DNA of 64,000 bases from Candidatus Poribacteria bacterium. GTDB lineage: Bacteria; Poribacteria; WGA-4E; WGA-3G. Both the position numbers and the translations under genes were made by a program. Each line of letters opens with the position of its first letter. Position 1 is the first letter of the stretch. This document shows positions 8,988 through 18,902 of this stretch, in pieces. The notes beneath the pieces are model-generated. The model worked only from the letters and a program-made list of their open reading frames with translations, was not told the origin of the DNA and ran no database searches. The stretch lies in contig OZ243938.1 of assembly GCA_965214095.1 (NCBI GenBank), positions 4,800,001-4,864,000 on the forward strand. Reading direction: 5' to 3'.

Positions 8988-10841
8988 CTAACGCAAGTCC
9001 CATAAAAGGATAGTACCATCTCTGCTTGCACTTGCGAGTGTAGTGCCATCCGGAGAATACGCAATACAAGTAATCCCGCTCGTATGTCCTACAAGATCAA
9101 CTTTTTGCTGGTTTGTGTGTGTATCCCACAGATGCACTTTAAACCAACCCGCACCTGCGAGTGTAGTGCCATCCGGGGAATATGCCAAAGAAGCAACTCC
9201 ACTCCTCTCCCCGGTGAGAGTGGTTTTGTACTGCCCCGTGTGTGCGTCCCACAAACGCAGCCTCCCGCCCAAATCCGCACTGATGATTGTTTTTCCATCT
9301 GGGGCAAATACAATGGAAGCAATTTCCAATCTATGCCCAGTGAGAGTGGCTTTATACTGTCCTGTGTGTGCATTCCATAAACATACTGTTCTGTCCTTGC
9401 TTCCACTTGCGAGTATAGTGCCATCCGGAGAATACTCAACACAAGTGACACGCCCCGTATGTCTCGCGGGGGTGATTTTGTATTCTCCAGTCGCAACATC
9501 CCATAAAAACACACGGTTCTCCCTACCTCCACTTGCGATTGTTTCTCCATCTGGTGAAAACGCCATGGCAGTTATAGAAGTAGCAAGTCCACTACGTACA
9601 GAGAGGATGGCTTTGTGTAGTCCGGTGACCGTATCCCATAAACGTATTTCGTCCTCACTCCCACTGGCGAGTGTAGTACCATCCGGAGAATACTCAACAA
9701 AATAGACATTCTCACTGTGACCTATGAGTGTTGTTTCATGCTGTCCTGTAGCAGTATTGAACAGACGCACTGAATGATCTAAATTTGCGCTTGCGATTGT
9801 TTTTCCATCTGGTGAAAACGCGATAGAATTGACATACTTTGAATGTCCCGTCAGGGATGCCTTGTGTCTCCCTGTGATTGCATTCCATAGATGCACCGTT
9901 TCCACACTTGCGCTTGCGATTGTTTTTCCATCTGGTGAAAACGCGATGGAACGTACAGGCCCTATATGCCCTATGAGTGTTGTTTTTTTCTCTCCAGTGT
10001 GTGCATCCCACAGAAACACCGTCTTATCCTCACTTGCGCTTGCGATTGTTTTTCCATCTGGTGAAAACGCGATGGAACGTACAGGCCCTATATGCCCTAT
10101 GAGTGTTGTTTTTTTCTCTCCAGTGTGTGCATCCCACAGAAACACCGTCTTATCCTCACTCGCACTTGCGATTGTTTTTCCATCTGGAGAATACGCTATA
10201 GAAGTAACATGTCCAGTATGCCCTACGAGGATATTTTTGTGCATACCGGTGTTGGTATCCCACAGATGCACTGTATGATCTAAACTCCCGCTCACGACAG
10301 TTGTACCATCCGGTGCATAAGCTACACAAGTGATAAAACTTGCATGTCCTATAAAAACCCTTTTATGTAAACCCGTAGATAGGTCCCACAAACGTACTAC
10401 TGCATCCTCACCTCCACTTGCAAGTGTAGTCCCATCCGGAGAAAAACCTACAACTCGGACAGCATCCGAATGTCCTATAAGAGAGGCTTTGAGCTTTCTT
10501 GTGGTCGGATCCAACAGCCGTACAGTCTCATCACTCCCAGTTGCAATTGTTTTTCCATCTGGTGAAAACGCGATGGATTGGACATACCACTTATGCTTTG
10601 TGAGTAATGCATGTTCTTTGTAGGTGTGTGCATCGTATATCCAAATACCGATTGAACTTGCTACAGCGAGTTGATTACCATCTGGGGAATATACGATATT
10701 GCCAGTTATGCTACCTTTACCCAGACGAGTTTTAGCACCTTTGGGTAAACCCCATTGACTGTAATTATTGGCAAGCACGTTTGGCAATAACAAGGCAAAA
10801 AACAGGAACAAGATGACGACAAACATGTATGTCTTTTTCAT
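8988..10841 (-). CDS. secreted WD40-repeat protein (no dockerin or C-terminal domain)
   Basis: signal peptide, LPKGAKTRLGKG leader, about 13 GH...FSPDG...LWD repeats. Confidence 0.92.
   Translation of the reverse strand: MKKTYMFVVILFLFFALLLPNVLANNYSQWGLPKGAKTRLGKGSITGNIVYSPDGNQLAVASSIGIWIYDAHTYKEHALLTKHKWYVQSIAFSPDGKTIATGSDETVRLLDPTTRKLKASLIGHSDAVRVVGFSPDGTTLASGGEDAVVRLWDLSTGLHKRVFIGHASFITCVAYAPDGTTVVSGSLDHTVHLWDTNTGMHKNILVGHTGHVTSIAYSPDGKTIASASEDKTVFLWDAHTGEKKTTLIGHIGPVRSIAFSPDGKTIASASEDKTVFLWDAHTGEKKTTLIGHIGPVRSIAFSPDGKTIASASVETVHLWNAITGRHKASLTGHSKYVNSIAFSPDGKTIASANLDHSVRLFNTATGQHETTLIGHSENVYFVEYSPDGTTLASGSEDEIRLWDTVTGLHKAILSVRSGLATSITAMAFSPDGETIASGGRENRVFLWDVATGEYKITPARHTGRVTCVEYSPDGTILASGSKDRTVCLWNAHTGQYKATLTGHRLEIASIVFAPDGKTIISADLGGRLRLWDAHTGQYKTTLTGERSGVASLAYSPDGTTLAGAGWFKVHLWDTHTNQQKVDLVGHTSGITCIAYSPDGTTLASASRDGTILLWDLR
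9905..10187. repeat. 126-bp tandem repeat: two identical WD40 units plus a partial third
   Basis: units start at 9905, 10031 and 10157 (cacttgcgcttgcgattgtttttccatctgg...). Confidence 0.92.
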
Positions 10842-10984
10842 TGGGAATATCCTCTTTTAAAGCAACAGGTTCATTACGGATAATTGTATTTTTTGATTGG
10901 TGCAAAGGGGTACTACAAATGACATCAGAAGTCAAGTTTTTGGGAGCGGGATGGTTAACGCTTAGATTCTTCATAAACGGATCT

Positions 10985-11750
10985 TATGAAGTCAACTCCT
11001 GCCTTTCCAAATCGATTGCAGATTTCATCGGCAATATCTTTATGCCCTTTCTTCGTCTTGCCTCGGATTTTAAGAGGTTGTGCAACGTTCCCTTGTTGTA
11101 CCTTGTAGGTTCTGCATTCCGAATCCAGTCCAATCTGTCAAGCAGATTAAGGTAACTCCCAACTCAATCAACTAATATAACTTCAAACTCAAGCCAGAAA
11201 CCCTGGAATTCTTCTATCCTACGTGGATCCTTCCAAGCCCCACGACGATGGACATATTTGGTGAAGTCCTTAGTGACATTTATCCACCTTTCAGCAAGTG
11301 GTGATAGTTCGTCAATTCCCAACGATTGTAGAATTGATGCTTTGTGTTTTCCTTCAATAGGTCCATACTTAATTTTTACGTTACCAGGTCTATTAATGTC
11401 AAAAGCAAAGTCACCTTTCTTCTTCTTTTTATATTGCAAGACTTCATCATCGGGTGTACTAATGGTAAACTCAAGTTCCTCTTTTATATCTTCGGACAGG
11501 ATATCCCTTAAACCCCATCAATTTCCCGTGCAATATGTGCTAATAGACTTGCCGCTGTTTCTAAACCTTCGTATTGTAAAATCCTAATCCCATCCAGATA
11601 ATAGGCAGCTATCTCAGGTCCAATAGATTTCAGGTTACGGTGAATTTCAACTTGTTGTGCGGATAACTCTACACCAAGACTTGAAGTGTCACCTGGTCCC
11701 TGCGATGAGTCATACTCATCATCAAACCCATCATTCACTTTTTCTTTCAC
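10985..11750 (-). pseudogene. degraded gene of unknown function (frameshift plus nonsense codon, truncated)
   Basis: 80-aa ORF ends ...AHIAREIDG; restoring one G in the G-run near 11515 gives DGGLRDILSEDIKEE... running into the 11164-11439 ORF; after TGA 11164 the frame continues VGSYLNLLDRLDW...LLKSEARR. Confidence 0.7.
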
Positions 11751-11885
11751 CTCTAAGTTTTAAAACTCTTTAGTCACATAATAACATACCTCAAAGCAAA
11801 TATCAACATATCTAACCATGGATATCCAAATGTGTCACTATCTGATAGACAGAAAATATGAAAACTAATACACATATCAAAATGA

Positions 11886-11914
11886 TTGACAAGGCACGAA
11901 AATCATGCTATAAT
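11886..11914 (+). promoter_or_regulatory. consensus sigma-70 promoter upstream of the rhodanese-MoeB gene
   Basis: TTGACA (11886-11891), 17-nt spacer ending in TGc, TATAAT (11909-11914). Confidence 0.85.
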
Positions 11915-12019
11915 CGTTTTAGGATTACAAAGGAATCCATAAGTTTATTTTCCACCGTTAAACACATGAAATAGTCGTAATTGACGAAAAAAGTAACCAT
12001 ATACTTTGGAGAACCATTT

Positions 12020-13207
12020 ATGAAATCGTATAGGCAAATCGTAGAGGAGGCAAAAACAGAGATTCCAGAAGTCACAGCCACAGACGTTAAAGAAGACAAG
12101 GAAAACGGAAGTGACTTTGTCCTGTTGGATGTGCGCGATGAAGATGAATACCGTGCGGGTTATATACCCGATGCTGTTCACGTAACTCGTGGGATGCTGG
12201 AATTCTCTGTTGAAGATTACATTCCGGACCGAGATCAAAAGGTAGTGGTGTATTGTGCTGCTGGATCACGTTCACTCCTCGCTGCAAAATCCCTGCGTGA
12301 GATGGGATATACAGATACCGTATCCATGGCGGGTGGATACAGAGGCTGGTCTACTGCTGGATTCCCAACTGCACAAGATAAAGAGATGTCACATGATCAA
12401 CTTGACAGATATAGTCGTCACTTCATGCTTACCGAAGTCGGTGAACGCGGACAAGCAAAGCTACTTGATGCGAAAGTGTTACTCGTCGGTGCTGGTGGGT
12501 TAGGTTCGCCTGCTGGTGTATATCTTGGTGCTGCTGGTATAGGACAGATGGGGATTATTGACTCAGATGTTGTGGAGTTGAGCAACCTACAACGTCAGAT
12601 CCTTCACCGCACAGAAGCAGTTGGCACCCCGAAAGTTCAGTCGGCAACTACAACGATAAAATCACTCAATCCAGATGTTGAGATTACACCGTATAACCTT
12701 CGACTCACTGCAGACAATGTTGAGGAGATATTCTCTGAATACGATCTGATTGTTGATGGATGCGACAACTTCGCAACGCGATTCCTTGTCAACGATGCTG
12801 CTGTGCTGATGAATAAACCGATTGTGCATGGTAGTATTTTTCAGTTTGAGGGGCAAGTATCGCTCTTTAAACCCAACGAAGGTCCCTGCTACCGATGCAT
12901 GTATCCTACGCCTCCACCACCCGGCTTGGTGCCAAGCTGAAGTGAAGCCGGTGTCCTGGGCGTGCTCCCAGGCGTAATTGGCGTGATGATGGCAACTGAA
13001 GCGATCAAGTATATTCTTGGTCTCGGTGAACCGCTTATCGGTAGGCTAATCCTTTATGATGCACTTAGTATGACTTATCGCGAAATGAAAGTCCCTCGTG
13101 ATGAAAATTGCCCACTATGCGGTGAAAATCCGAGTATAACAAAACTGATTGAAGATTACGATGCAGCAGCTGAAAATCCTGAAACCTTCGCTCCTGCCGC
13201 TGATTGA
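12020..13207 (+). CDS. moeB: rhodanese-MoeB/ThiF (MoeZ-like) sulfur-carrier adenylyltransferase, probable selenoprotein (UGA at 12938-12940)
   Basis: N-terminal rhodanese (YCAAGSRS), RYSRH, GAGGLG, SNLQRQ, CYRC and CPLC zinc motifs; ORFs 11981-12940 and 12962-13207 are in one frame and read PPPGLVPS*SEAGVLGVLPG; ATG 12020 follows GGAG. Confidence 0.88.
12947..12982 (+). promoter_or_regulatory. candidate bacterial SECIS hairpin
   Basis: CCTGGG (12955-12960) pairs with CCCAGG (12967-12972) around loop CGTGCT; lower stem closes GCC/GGC with a bulged U; loop starts about 20 nt after the UGA. Confidence 0.7.
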
Positions 13208-13230
13208 TTTTGTCTGATCTGTGGATTATA

Positions 13231-13371
13231 TTATAGCAAAAAATCATAATTACTTACACACTACGGTAGGTTCGGTTTCCTAACCGAACCGGTGTTTGTT
13301 CAGTGTTATAGATGCGGTTAGGAAACCGCATCTACCTGGGAGTGTGGACGTAATTTTACATTTCACTATAA
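13231..13371. mobile_element. MITE-like element family 1 carrying an inverted pair of GTAG REP hairpins
   Basis: ends TTATAGCAAA / TTTCACTATAA; internal GGTAGGTTCGGTTTCCTAACCGAACC and inverted GATGCGGTTAGGAAACCGCATCTACC; near-identical copies at 43123 and 51551. Confidence 0.85.
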
Positions 13372-13386
13372 GAGTTGGTGATTGGC

Positions 13387-14679
13387 ATGATTACCCATAT
13401 TCGAATGAAAAACTTCAAATCATGGAAAGATAGTGGTGAGGTCCAACTTGCACCTTTGACTGGCTTTTTCGGGACAAATAGTTCTGGGAAGAGTAGTCTG
13501 TTGCAGATGCTGCTATTGCTTAAACAGACTGCAGAGAGGAAAGATGCAGAGGAAGTTATTTTTTTTGGTGATGAAACTTCTTATGTAAATCTCAGAGATT
13601 TTCGCGAGGTGATTCATGAACATGACCCTGGAAATGAACTATATTTTATGATAGAGGCTGCAGTCAGTTCTCCGAATTTAATCAAAGATTGGGCACTTAT
13701 GCCTATATCTAGGTTTACTTTTGAGACAGAAATCATTGAGAATAGAGACAAACTATGTGTTAATTCTTTATGCTATAAAAGTCTATATAATAACACTAAA
13801 TACTCATGGCAATCGGAGCACACAGTGAATAATGATGAAAATACTTCTGACATCAATATAAAGAGCTGCTACGGTCTTACATCCTCAAAAGATATTGAAG
13901 AATCAGAAATGCTTGATACTTTTTCATCAGGATTTGAGCTACACTTTTCTCATGTATTCTATCTTGGTCCTATTCGCGCACATCCACAAAGACAGTATCA
14001 TTGGGAAGGCGATCATCCTAAAGATATTGGTAAATTGGGGGATAAAACAATTGACGCTTTACTCTCTGCACGTATTGATAGAAAAACAATTCTATACGAC
14101 GAGGGAGAAGTATCAATTGAGGAGAGAATATCTGAATGGTTACGTGAAATGAAACTTGCCAATTCTTTTATGTTAGAACGATCAAACAATCATAATGGTA
14201 AAGATTATGATGTCCGTATCCAGATGAAAGAAGATGGTCCAAAAATTGCACTTGCTGATATGGGGTATGGATTATCCCAATTTTTACCCGTTTTAGTTCT
14301 CTGCTACTATGCTCCTGAAGGTTCAACCTTGATTCTGGAACAACCAGGAATTCACCTACATCCGATGGTTCAAGCACAACTTGCTGACCTACTGATAGAA
14401 GTTGTCAACGAACGAAAATTACAAATCTTGGTGGAAAGTCATAGTGAACATCTATTGTCGCGTTTGCAGTTGCGAGTAGCAGAAGAAAAAATTGCAGCAA
14501 ATCAGACGGCACTCTATTTCTGTGAAAATGAGAATGGAACATCTAAAATCAAGTCGCTTGAGTTAGATGATCTTGGCAATATTACAAATTGGCCAAAAAA
14601 CTTTTTTGGTAATGTGAGAGGTGATCTTACGAAAATGGCACGTCTACAGATAAAGCGGCAGAAGGAAGCAGAGGGTTAA
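13387..14679 (+). CDS. ABC-type ATPase (AAA_21/AAA_15-like) with DUF3696-like C-terminus
   Basis: MKNFKSW, Walker A GTNSSGKSS, DMGYGLSQFLP, ILEQPGIHLHP, VESHSEH, C-terminal NWPKNFF. Confidence 0.88.
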   Translation: MITHIRMKNFKSWKDSGEVQLAPLTGFFGTNSSGKSSLLQMLLLLKQTAERKDAEEVIFFGDETSYVNLRDFREVIHEHDPGNELYFMIEAAVSSPNLIKDWALMPISRFTFETEIIENRDKLCVNSLCYKSLYNNTKYSWQSEHTVNNDENTSDINIKSCYGLTSSKDIEESEMLDTFSSGFELHFSHVFYLGPIRAHPQRQYHWEGDHPKDIGKLGDKTIDALLSARIDRKTILYDEGEVSIEERISEWLREMKLANSFMLERSNNHNGKDYDVRIQMKEDGPKIALADMGYGLSQFLPVLVLCYYAPEGSTLILEQPGIHLHPMVQAQLADLLIEVVNERKLQILVESHSEHLLSRLQLRVAEEKIAANQTALYFCENENGTSKIKSLELDDLGNITNWPKNFFGNVRGDLTKMARLQIKRQKEAEG

Positions 14680-15209
14680 TGTCAGCAGTTGTTATAGATA
14701 CAAATGTGATCCTTGTCGCAAAAGGTATGTCTGAACAGGCTTGGGACGAATGTGTAGTAACATGTCAGGAACGATTAGATAAGATTATTGATGGTAGCGA
14801 AAAAGTCGTAATTGATGATCAAAGGTTAATACTCGGAGAATATTTAGATTACCTTGATGAGGATGATACAACAACCAATGGACGTAATAGCGGTCACTTT
14901 TTGGAATGGTTCATAAGAAACTATCAGAATCCAGAGCAATGTATACAAGTGAATATTTCACCAACCGACCATTTGCGCGGTTTTGAAGAATTACCCGACG
15001 TATTCATAAACTTTGACTCTGACGACAAGAAGTTTATTGCAGTATCAGTCGTATATGAAAATGAATACCAGCAAAAGACTACTATTCTACAATCGGTTGA
15101 TAGCCAATGGTATGGATTAAGAAGTGTATTCATTGAGTATGGTTTGGTTATAGAATTTCTCTGCGAAGATAATATCCGTCACATTTACGAAAGACGTGAG
15201 AGTAGGTGA
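14679..15209 (+). CDS. PIN-domain-like putative nuclease
   Basis: VVIDTNV, ILGEY and FDSDDKKFIAV acidic motifs; start overlaps the ATPase stop. Confidence 0.75.
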   Translation: MSAVVIDTNVILVAKGMSEQAWDECVVTCQERLDKIIDGSEKVVIDDQRLILGEYLDYLDEDDTTTNGRNSGHFLEWFIRNYQNPEQCIQVNISPTDHLRGFEELPDVFINFDSDDKKFIAVSVVYENEYQQKTTILQSVDSQWYGLRSVFIEYGLVIEFLCEDNIRHIYERRESR

Positions 15210-15307
15210 ATCAGAACAATTCATTCAACAAATGTTGTCATGTACTTTCAAGGAAAACACCCATCTGTGGAAAATTCAAAACAATGTCTATCAATATATG
15301 ACACAAA

Positions 15308-16156
15308 ATGCCACGTAATATCCGCATCCTAATCCTACTCTCCCCCGTTATCTTCTGGCTTCTCATATTCTTCTTTCTTCCTCTCATTTCTGTATTTATC
15401 TATAGTTTCCTAAAACGCGGTACGTACGGTGGTATAGAAGCACATTTCACTTTAGAAAACTACCAACGTTTTTTTGATCCAATCTATCTACGCATCCTCT
15501 GGCGGTCAGTCTCAACGGCATTCGTTTGCACTGCCATTTGCCTACTTGTGGGCTACCCTTTTGCTTATTACCTTGCATACTACCGTCCTAAATTCCGTAA
15601 TGTCCTGTTGCTGCTTGTCGTAGTGCCATTCTGGATCAACTTTCTCATTCGCACTTATGCGTGGATACTCATACTCCGCACAGAAGGACTTCTGAACTCA
15701 TCGCTTTCAGTTCTAATTCCAGGTTTTCAACCTCTTGAACTCTTAAACACACCATTGGCTGTGCAGATAGGTCTGGTATATGGATATTTACCATTTATGA
15801 TCCTCCCACTATATGTTGCGTTAGAACAGATGGATTTATCTCTAATAGATGCAGCAAAGGATTTGGGAGCATCTGCAAGACATGCTTTCTGGCACATAAC
15901 ATTACCATTGAGTCTACCCGGTATACTTGCTGGGTCAATGTTAGTCTTTATTCCAACCGTAGGTGCATTTCTAACACCAGACATCCTTGGTGGTGGAAAA
16001 GTCAGTTTTATTGGAAATGTTATTGAACGACAATTTAAGACAGCGAGAGATTTTCCCTTTGGTGCTGCGCTCTCTTTCATACTCATGTTAATCGTGCTTA
16101 TGGGAACGGTGTTGTATTTTCGCGCCTTAAAAGGTCGTGAATCTATAGAAACTTAA
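15308..16156 (+). CDS. potB: spermidine/putrescine ABC transporter permease
   Basis: PFWINFLIRTYAW, YLPFMILPLY, DAAKDLGA EAA-type loop. Confidence 0.88.
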   Translation: MPRNIRILILLSPVIFWLLIFFFLPLISVFIYSFLKRGTYGGIEAHFTLENYQRFFDPIYLRILWRSVSTAFVCTAICLLVGYPFAYYLAYYRPKFRNVLLLLVVVPFWINFLIRTYAWILILRTEGLLNSSLSVLIPGFQPLELLNTPLAVQIGLVYGYLPFMILPLYVALEQMDLSLIDAAKDLGASARHAFWHITLPLSLPGILAGSMLVFIPTVGAFLTPDILGGGKVSFIGNVIERQFKTARDFPFGAALSFILMLIVLMGTVLYFRALKGRESIET

Positions 16157-16196
16157 AGAGACTTATGACAAACAAATACTACTGCTAAACAAAAGA

Positions 16197-16973
16197 ATGA
16201 AACGATTACTTGAAGCCAATATAATCTTAGTCTTTCTATTTCTTTATCTTCCTATTTTCGTAGTCATTGTTTTCTCGTTCAACAGTGGCAATCAGATATC
16301 AGTATGGGATGGATTTTCGTTTGCTTGGTATGGGAAACTGTTTAAGAACCCTAATGTGTGGCGTGCATGCAAGAATAGTCTGATAATTGCAGGTGTCGCA
16401 ACTTTTATCTCAACTATCATTGGAACAGCAGCAGCACTTGCGATAGAAAAATATCGGTTTCGATTTCGTGGTACACTCATTAAAGCTTTATTCCTTCCAA
16501 TGATTATTCCAGATATAGTTCTGGCTATCGCAGTGTTGACGTTCTATAGAACGGTGGTTGACTATCCATTAGGACTAACTTCAGTAATTTTTGCACATGT
16601 AGTCTTCAACATAGCCTATGTTACAATTGTTGTTCGTGCCCGTTTAGAAGGATACGATGCAACGGTAGAGGAAGCAGCACTTGACCTTGGGGCAAATGAA
16701 TGGCAAACATTTTGGCGGATAACCTTACCGCTCATCGCTCCAGGGATCATTGGTGGGGCACTACTTGCATTTACACTCTCTATAGACGATTTTGTCATCA
16801 CATTCTTCACTGCAGGTGTTGGCTATACCACCTTATCTGTCCATATATATTCAAGTATAAAATTTGGTATCACACCTGAACTAAATGCCATTTCAACAAT
16901 GTTGCTTGTGAATTCTATCGTCCTCATTTTATTGTTCCTGTGGTTTCGAGGAAGAAAAACAGAATCAATCTAA
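16197..16973 (+). CDS. potC: spermidine/putrescine ABC transporter permease
   Basis: FLYLPI..FSFN, EEAALDLGA, FTLSIDDFVITFF, GITPELNA. Confidence 0.88.
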   Translation: MKRLLEANIILVFLFLYLPIFVVIVFSFNSGNQISVWDGFSFAWYGKLFKNPNVWRACKNSLIIAGVATFISTIIGTAAALAIEKYRFRFRGTLIKALFLPMIIPDIVLAIAVLTFYRTVVDYPLGLTSVIFAHVVFNIAYVTIVVRARLEGYDATVEEAALDLGANEWQTFWRITLPLIAPGIIGGALLAFTLSIDDFVITFFTAGVGYTTLSVHIYSSIKFGITPELNAISTMLLVNSIVLILLFLWFRGRKTESI

Positions 16974-16975
16974 TC

Positions 16976-16999
16976 ATTATACCATTATAATGGTATAAT
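16976..16999. promoter_or_regulatory. perfect 24-bp palindrome containing an extended -10 element on both strands
   Basis: ATTATACCATTATAATGGTATAAT is its own reverse complement; TGGTATAAT ends 9 nt before ATG 17009. Confidence 0.6.
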
Positions 17000-17008
17000 A
17001 TAAATTAT

Positions 17009-17761
17009 ATGAAAAACAGATATATACAAATCCATATTCTACTAATCTTCGGCCTAATTTCACTCTGTGTTCTTACTGGTTGTGATATAAACGATCCACT
17101 AAGTTTAGATTCAGAGATGCTTGATGTAGATTTAGCATCCGCCTCCAATAGCATCAATATTGGAGATACCACAACTATCTCTGCTAACATAACATACTCT
17201 GGAAATACTGATGTGCTGGTCTACAAATGGAGTACAACGGGTGGAAGAATATCTGGTGAAGGTTCGAACGTTGTTTATATTGCACCTGAAACAGAAGGTT
17301 CTTACACCATTACCCTTGAAGTCTCTGATGGCACTGTAACAGAATGGGATGAACTAAGGATTACTGTCAATATTGGACCTGCCATAGTTGCCTCTCCTAA
17401 TCGCTACTGGCAAGGGAATTCGTTCACACAATCCCTAACATTTCAATTGAACGTGCAGCAAATAATCCAGGAGAACTTACGTCTAAGATACGATATTTTA
17501 CAGGACACAGCACGCACAGGTGCATTCTTAAGTATCTCAATCAACGGTGCATCCGTTGTAAGAAATCGTGCAATCGGTGAAGTCCAACCTTTAGAAATGA
17601 TTCCCATTGCCGATGAAGTAGATGTATCTTCTGTTATCCGTGAACGTGGAAACTATGAGTTGACTATGACGTTGGAAGTTGTGAATGTAATGGAAAACGC
17701 GTGGTTATTGAGAAAACTCACGTTGATCGGTGCTGAAGGAACGATATCTGAAATACGTTAA
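17009..17761 (+). CDS. putative lipoprotein with PKD/Ig-like domain
   Basis: lipobox LTGC; YKWSTTGG...[17 protein letters not shown] Ig-like segment. Confidence 0.75.
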   Translation: MKNRYIQIHILLIFGLISLCVLTGCDINDPLSLDSEMLDVDLASASNSINIGDTTTISANITYSGNTDVLVYKWSTTGGRISGEGSNVVYIAPETEGSYTITLEVSDGTVTEWDELRITVNIGPAIVASPNRYWQGNSFTQSLTFQLNVQQIIQENLRLRYDILQDTARTGAFLSISINGASVVRNRAIGEVQPLEMIPIADEVDVSSVIRERGNYELTMTLEVVNVMENAWLLRKLTLIGAEGTISEIR

Positions 17762-17777
17762 TCGTATAGGAACGATT

Positions 17778-18899
17778 GTGGACCAGCAATATCATACGCA
17801 CATAGAAATTGACCTTGATGCAATCCTTCAAAACGTTGTTGCAATTAAAGAACATACGGGAAAGTCATTAATAGCAGTCCTTAAGGCAGATGCTTATGGA
17901 CATGGTGCAGTTCGTGTTGCCGATCTTTTGCGCAATAAAGTTGATATGTTTGCTGTTGCTACAGTTGAGGAAGCGAATGAACTACGTGACGCAGGAATTA
18001 CAAACAACATACTTGTTCTGTTTACACCATTATCAGCGTACAGTATTCCAATTATTTTGAATGAAATAACGACAACTGTAGATAATTTGTCTTTTGCAGA
18101 ATTGTTGAGTACGCAATTCTCACATCTAAAAAAGACAATGGGTATTTCATCAAGGGCAAAAGTTCATGTTGATATAAACACAGGAATGAATCGTAGTGGA
18201 ATACAGTACTCAGAAACAGACAATTTTCTGAACAAGTTAAAAACGCTACCTGGAATTGAGATTACAGGTATGTTCACGCATCTCGCAACTGCAGAAGAAC
18301 CAGATAAGAGTTTTTCACTTATGCAGTTAGAGCGATTCAATTCAGCAATTGAGAATGTATCAGATGATATAATATTACATGCAGCAAACAGTGCAGCTGC
18401 TTTAGCCATACCTGAATCCCATTATGATGCTGTCCGTCCCGGTTTGAGTTTATACGGTATATATCCAGGAGAAGAGAGACCGATTCCATTAAAACCTGCT
18501 CTCACATGGAAGGCATATATCAGTTGGATAGAAGACATAGAAGCGGGAGAAGGTGTAAGCTATGGACTGACCTACAAGACACAAACACAAACACGCGTTG
18601 CTGGTATAAGAGTTGGCTATGGTGATGGGTATCCTCGCGCGTTGTCAAATTGCGGTGAGATGTTGATAGGTGGGAAACGTTGTCCTATTATTGGAACAAT
18701 ATGCATGGACTTGATTATCGTCAAATTAGAACTTTCAGGTAGCTACTCAGTAGGAGATGAGGCAGTATTGATTGGCAAGCAAGGAGACGAAGAAATCAGT
18801 GTTAATGAACTGGCAGAGAAAGTAGATACGATCCCTTATGAAATATTAACCCGGATTGGAAAACGCGTCCAACGTATATATAAAGAGAGAGATTTTTAA
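17778..18899 (+). CDS. alr: alanine racemase
   Basis: AVLKADAYGHG PLP-lysine motif, TGMNRSG, VRPGLSLYG, GYGDGYPR, TIPYEI; GTG start 17778 after AGGA. Confidence 0.95.
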   Translation: MDQQYHTHIEIDLDAILQNVVAIKEHTGKSLIAVLKADAYGHGAVRVADLLRNKVDMFAVATVEEANELRDAGITNNILVLFTPLSAYSIPIILNEITTTVDNLSFAELLSTQFSHLKKTMGISSRAKVHVDINTGMNRSGIQYSETDNFLNKLKTLPGIEITGMFTHLATAEEPDKSFSLMQLERFNSAIENVSDDIILHAANSAAALAIPESHYDAVRPGLSLYGIYPGEERPIPLKPALTWKAYISWIEDIEAGEGVSYGLTYKTQTQTRVAGIRVGYGDGYPRALSNCGEMLIGGKRCPIIGTICMDLIIVKLELSGSYSVGDEAVLIGKQGDEEISVNELAEKVDTIPYEILTRIGKRVQRIYKERDF

Positions 18900-18902
18900 C
18901 AA

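Noticed and set aside
9043-10623. plus-strand ORFs of 97-220 aa over the WD40 gene (similar ones over 25520-37453)
   Set aside because: Antisense shadows of repetitive WD40 codons; no RBS or domain signal.
11164-11166. second in-frame TGA as selenocysteine
   Set aside because: It is not in a Cys-like redox motif, no hairpin is evident, and the same gene also has a frameshift, so decay is the simpler explanation.
11981-12019. longer ORF-track starts (also 8090, 17730, 23864, 38534, 40432, 43138, 45418, 50151)
   Set aside because: Downstream starts have better RBS spacing, give proper signal peptides or family N-termini, or avoid overlaps.
12938-12940. moeB as a nonsense pseudogene or as two separate genes
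   Set aside because: The stop is UGA exactly at the conserved Cys, both halves are intact and in frame, a SECIS-like hairpin follows, and the second ORF has no RBS.
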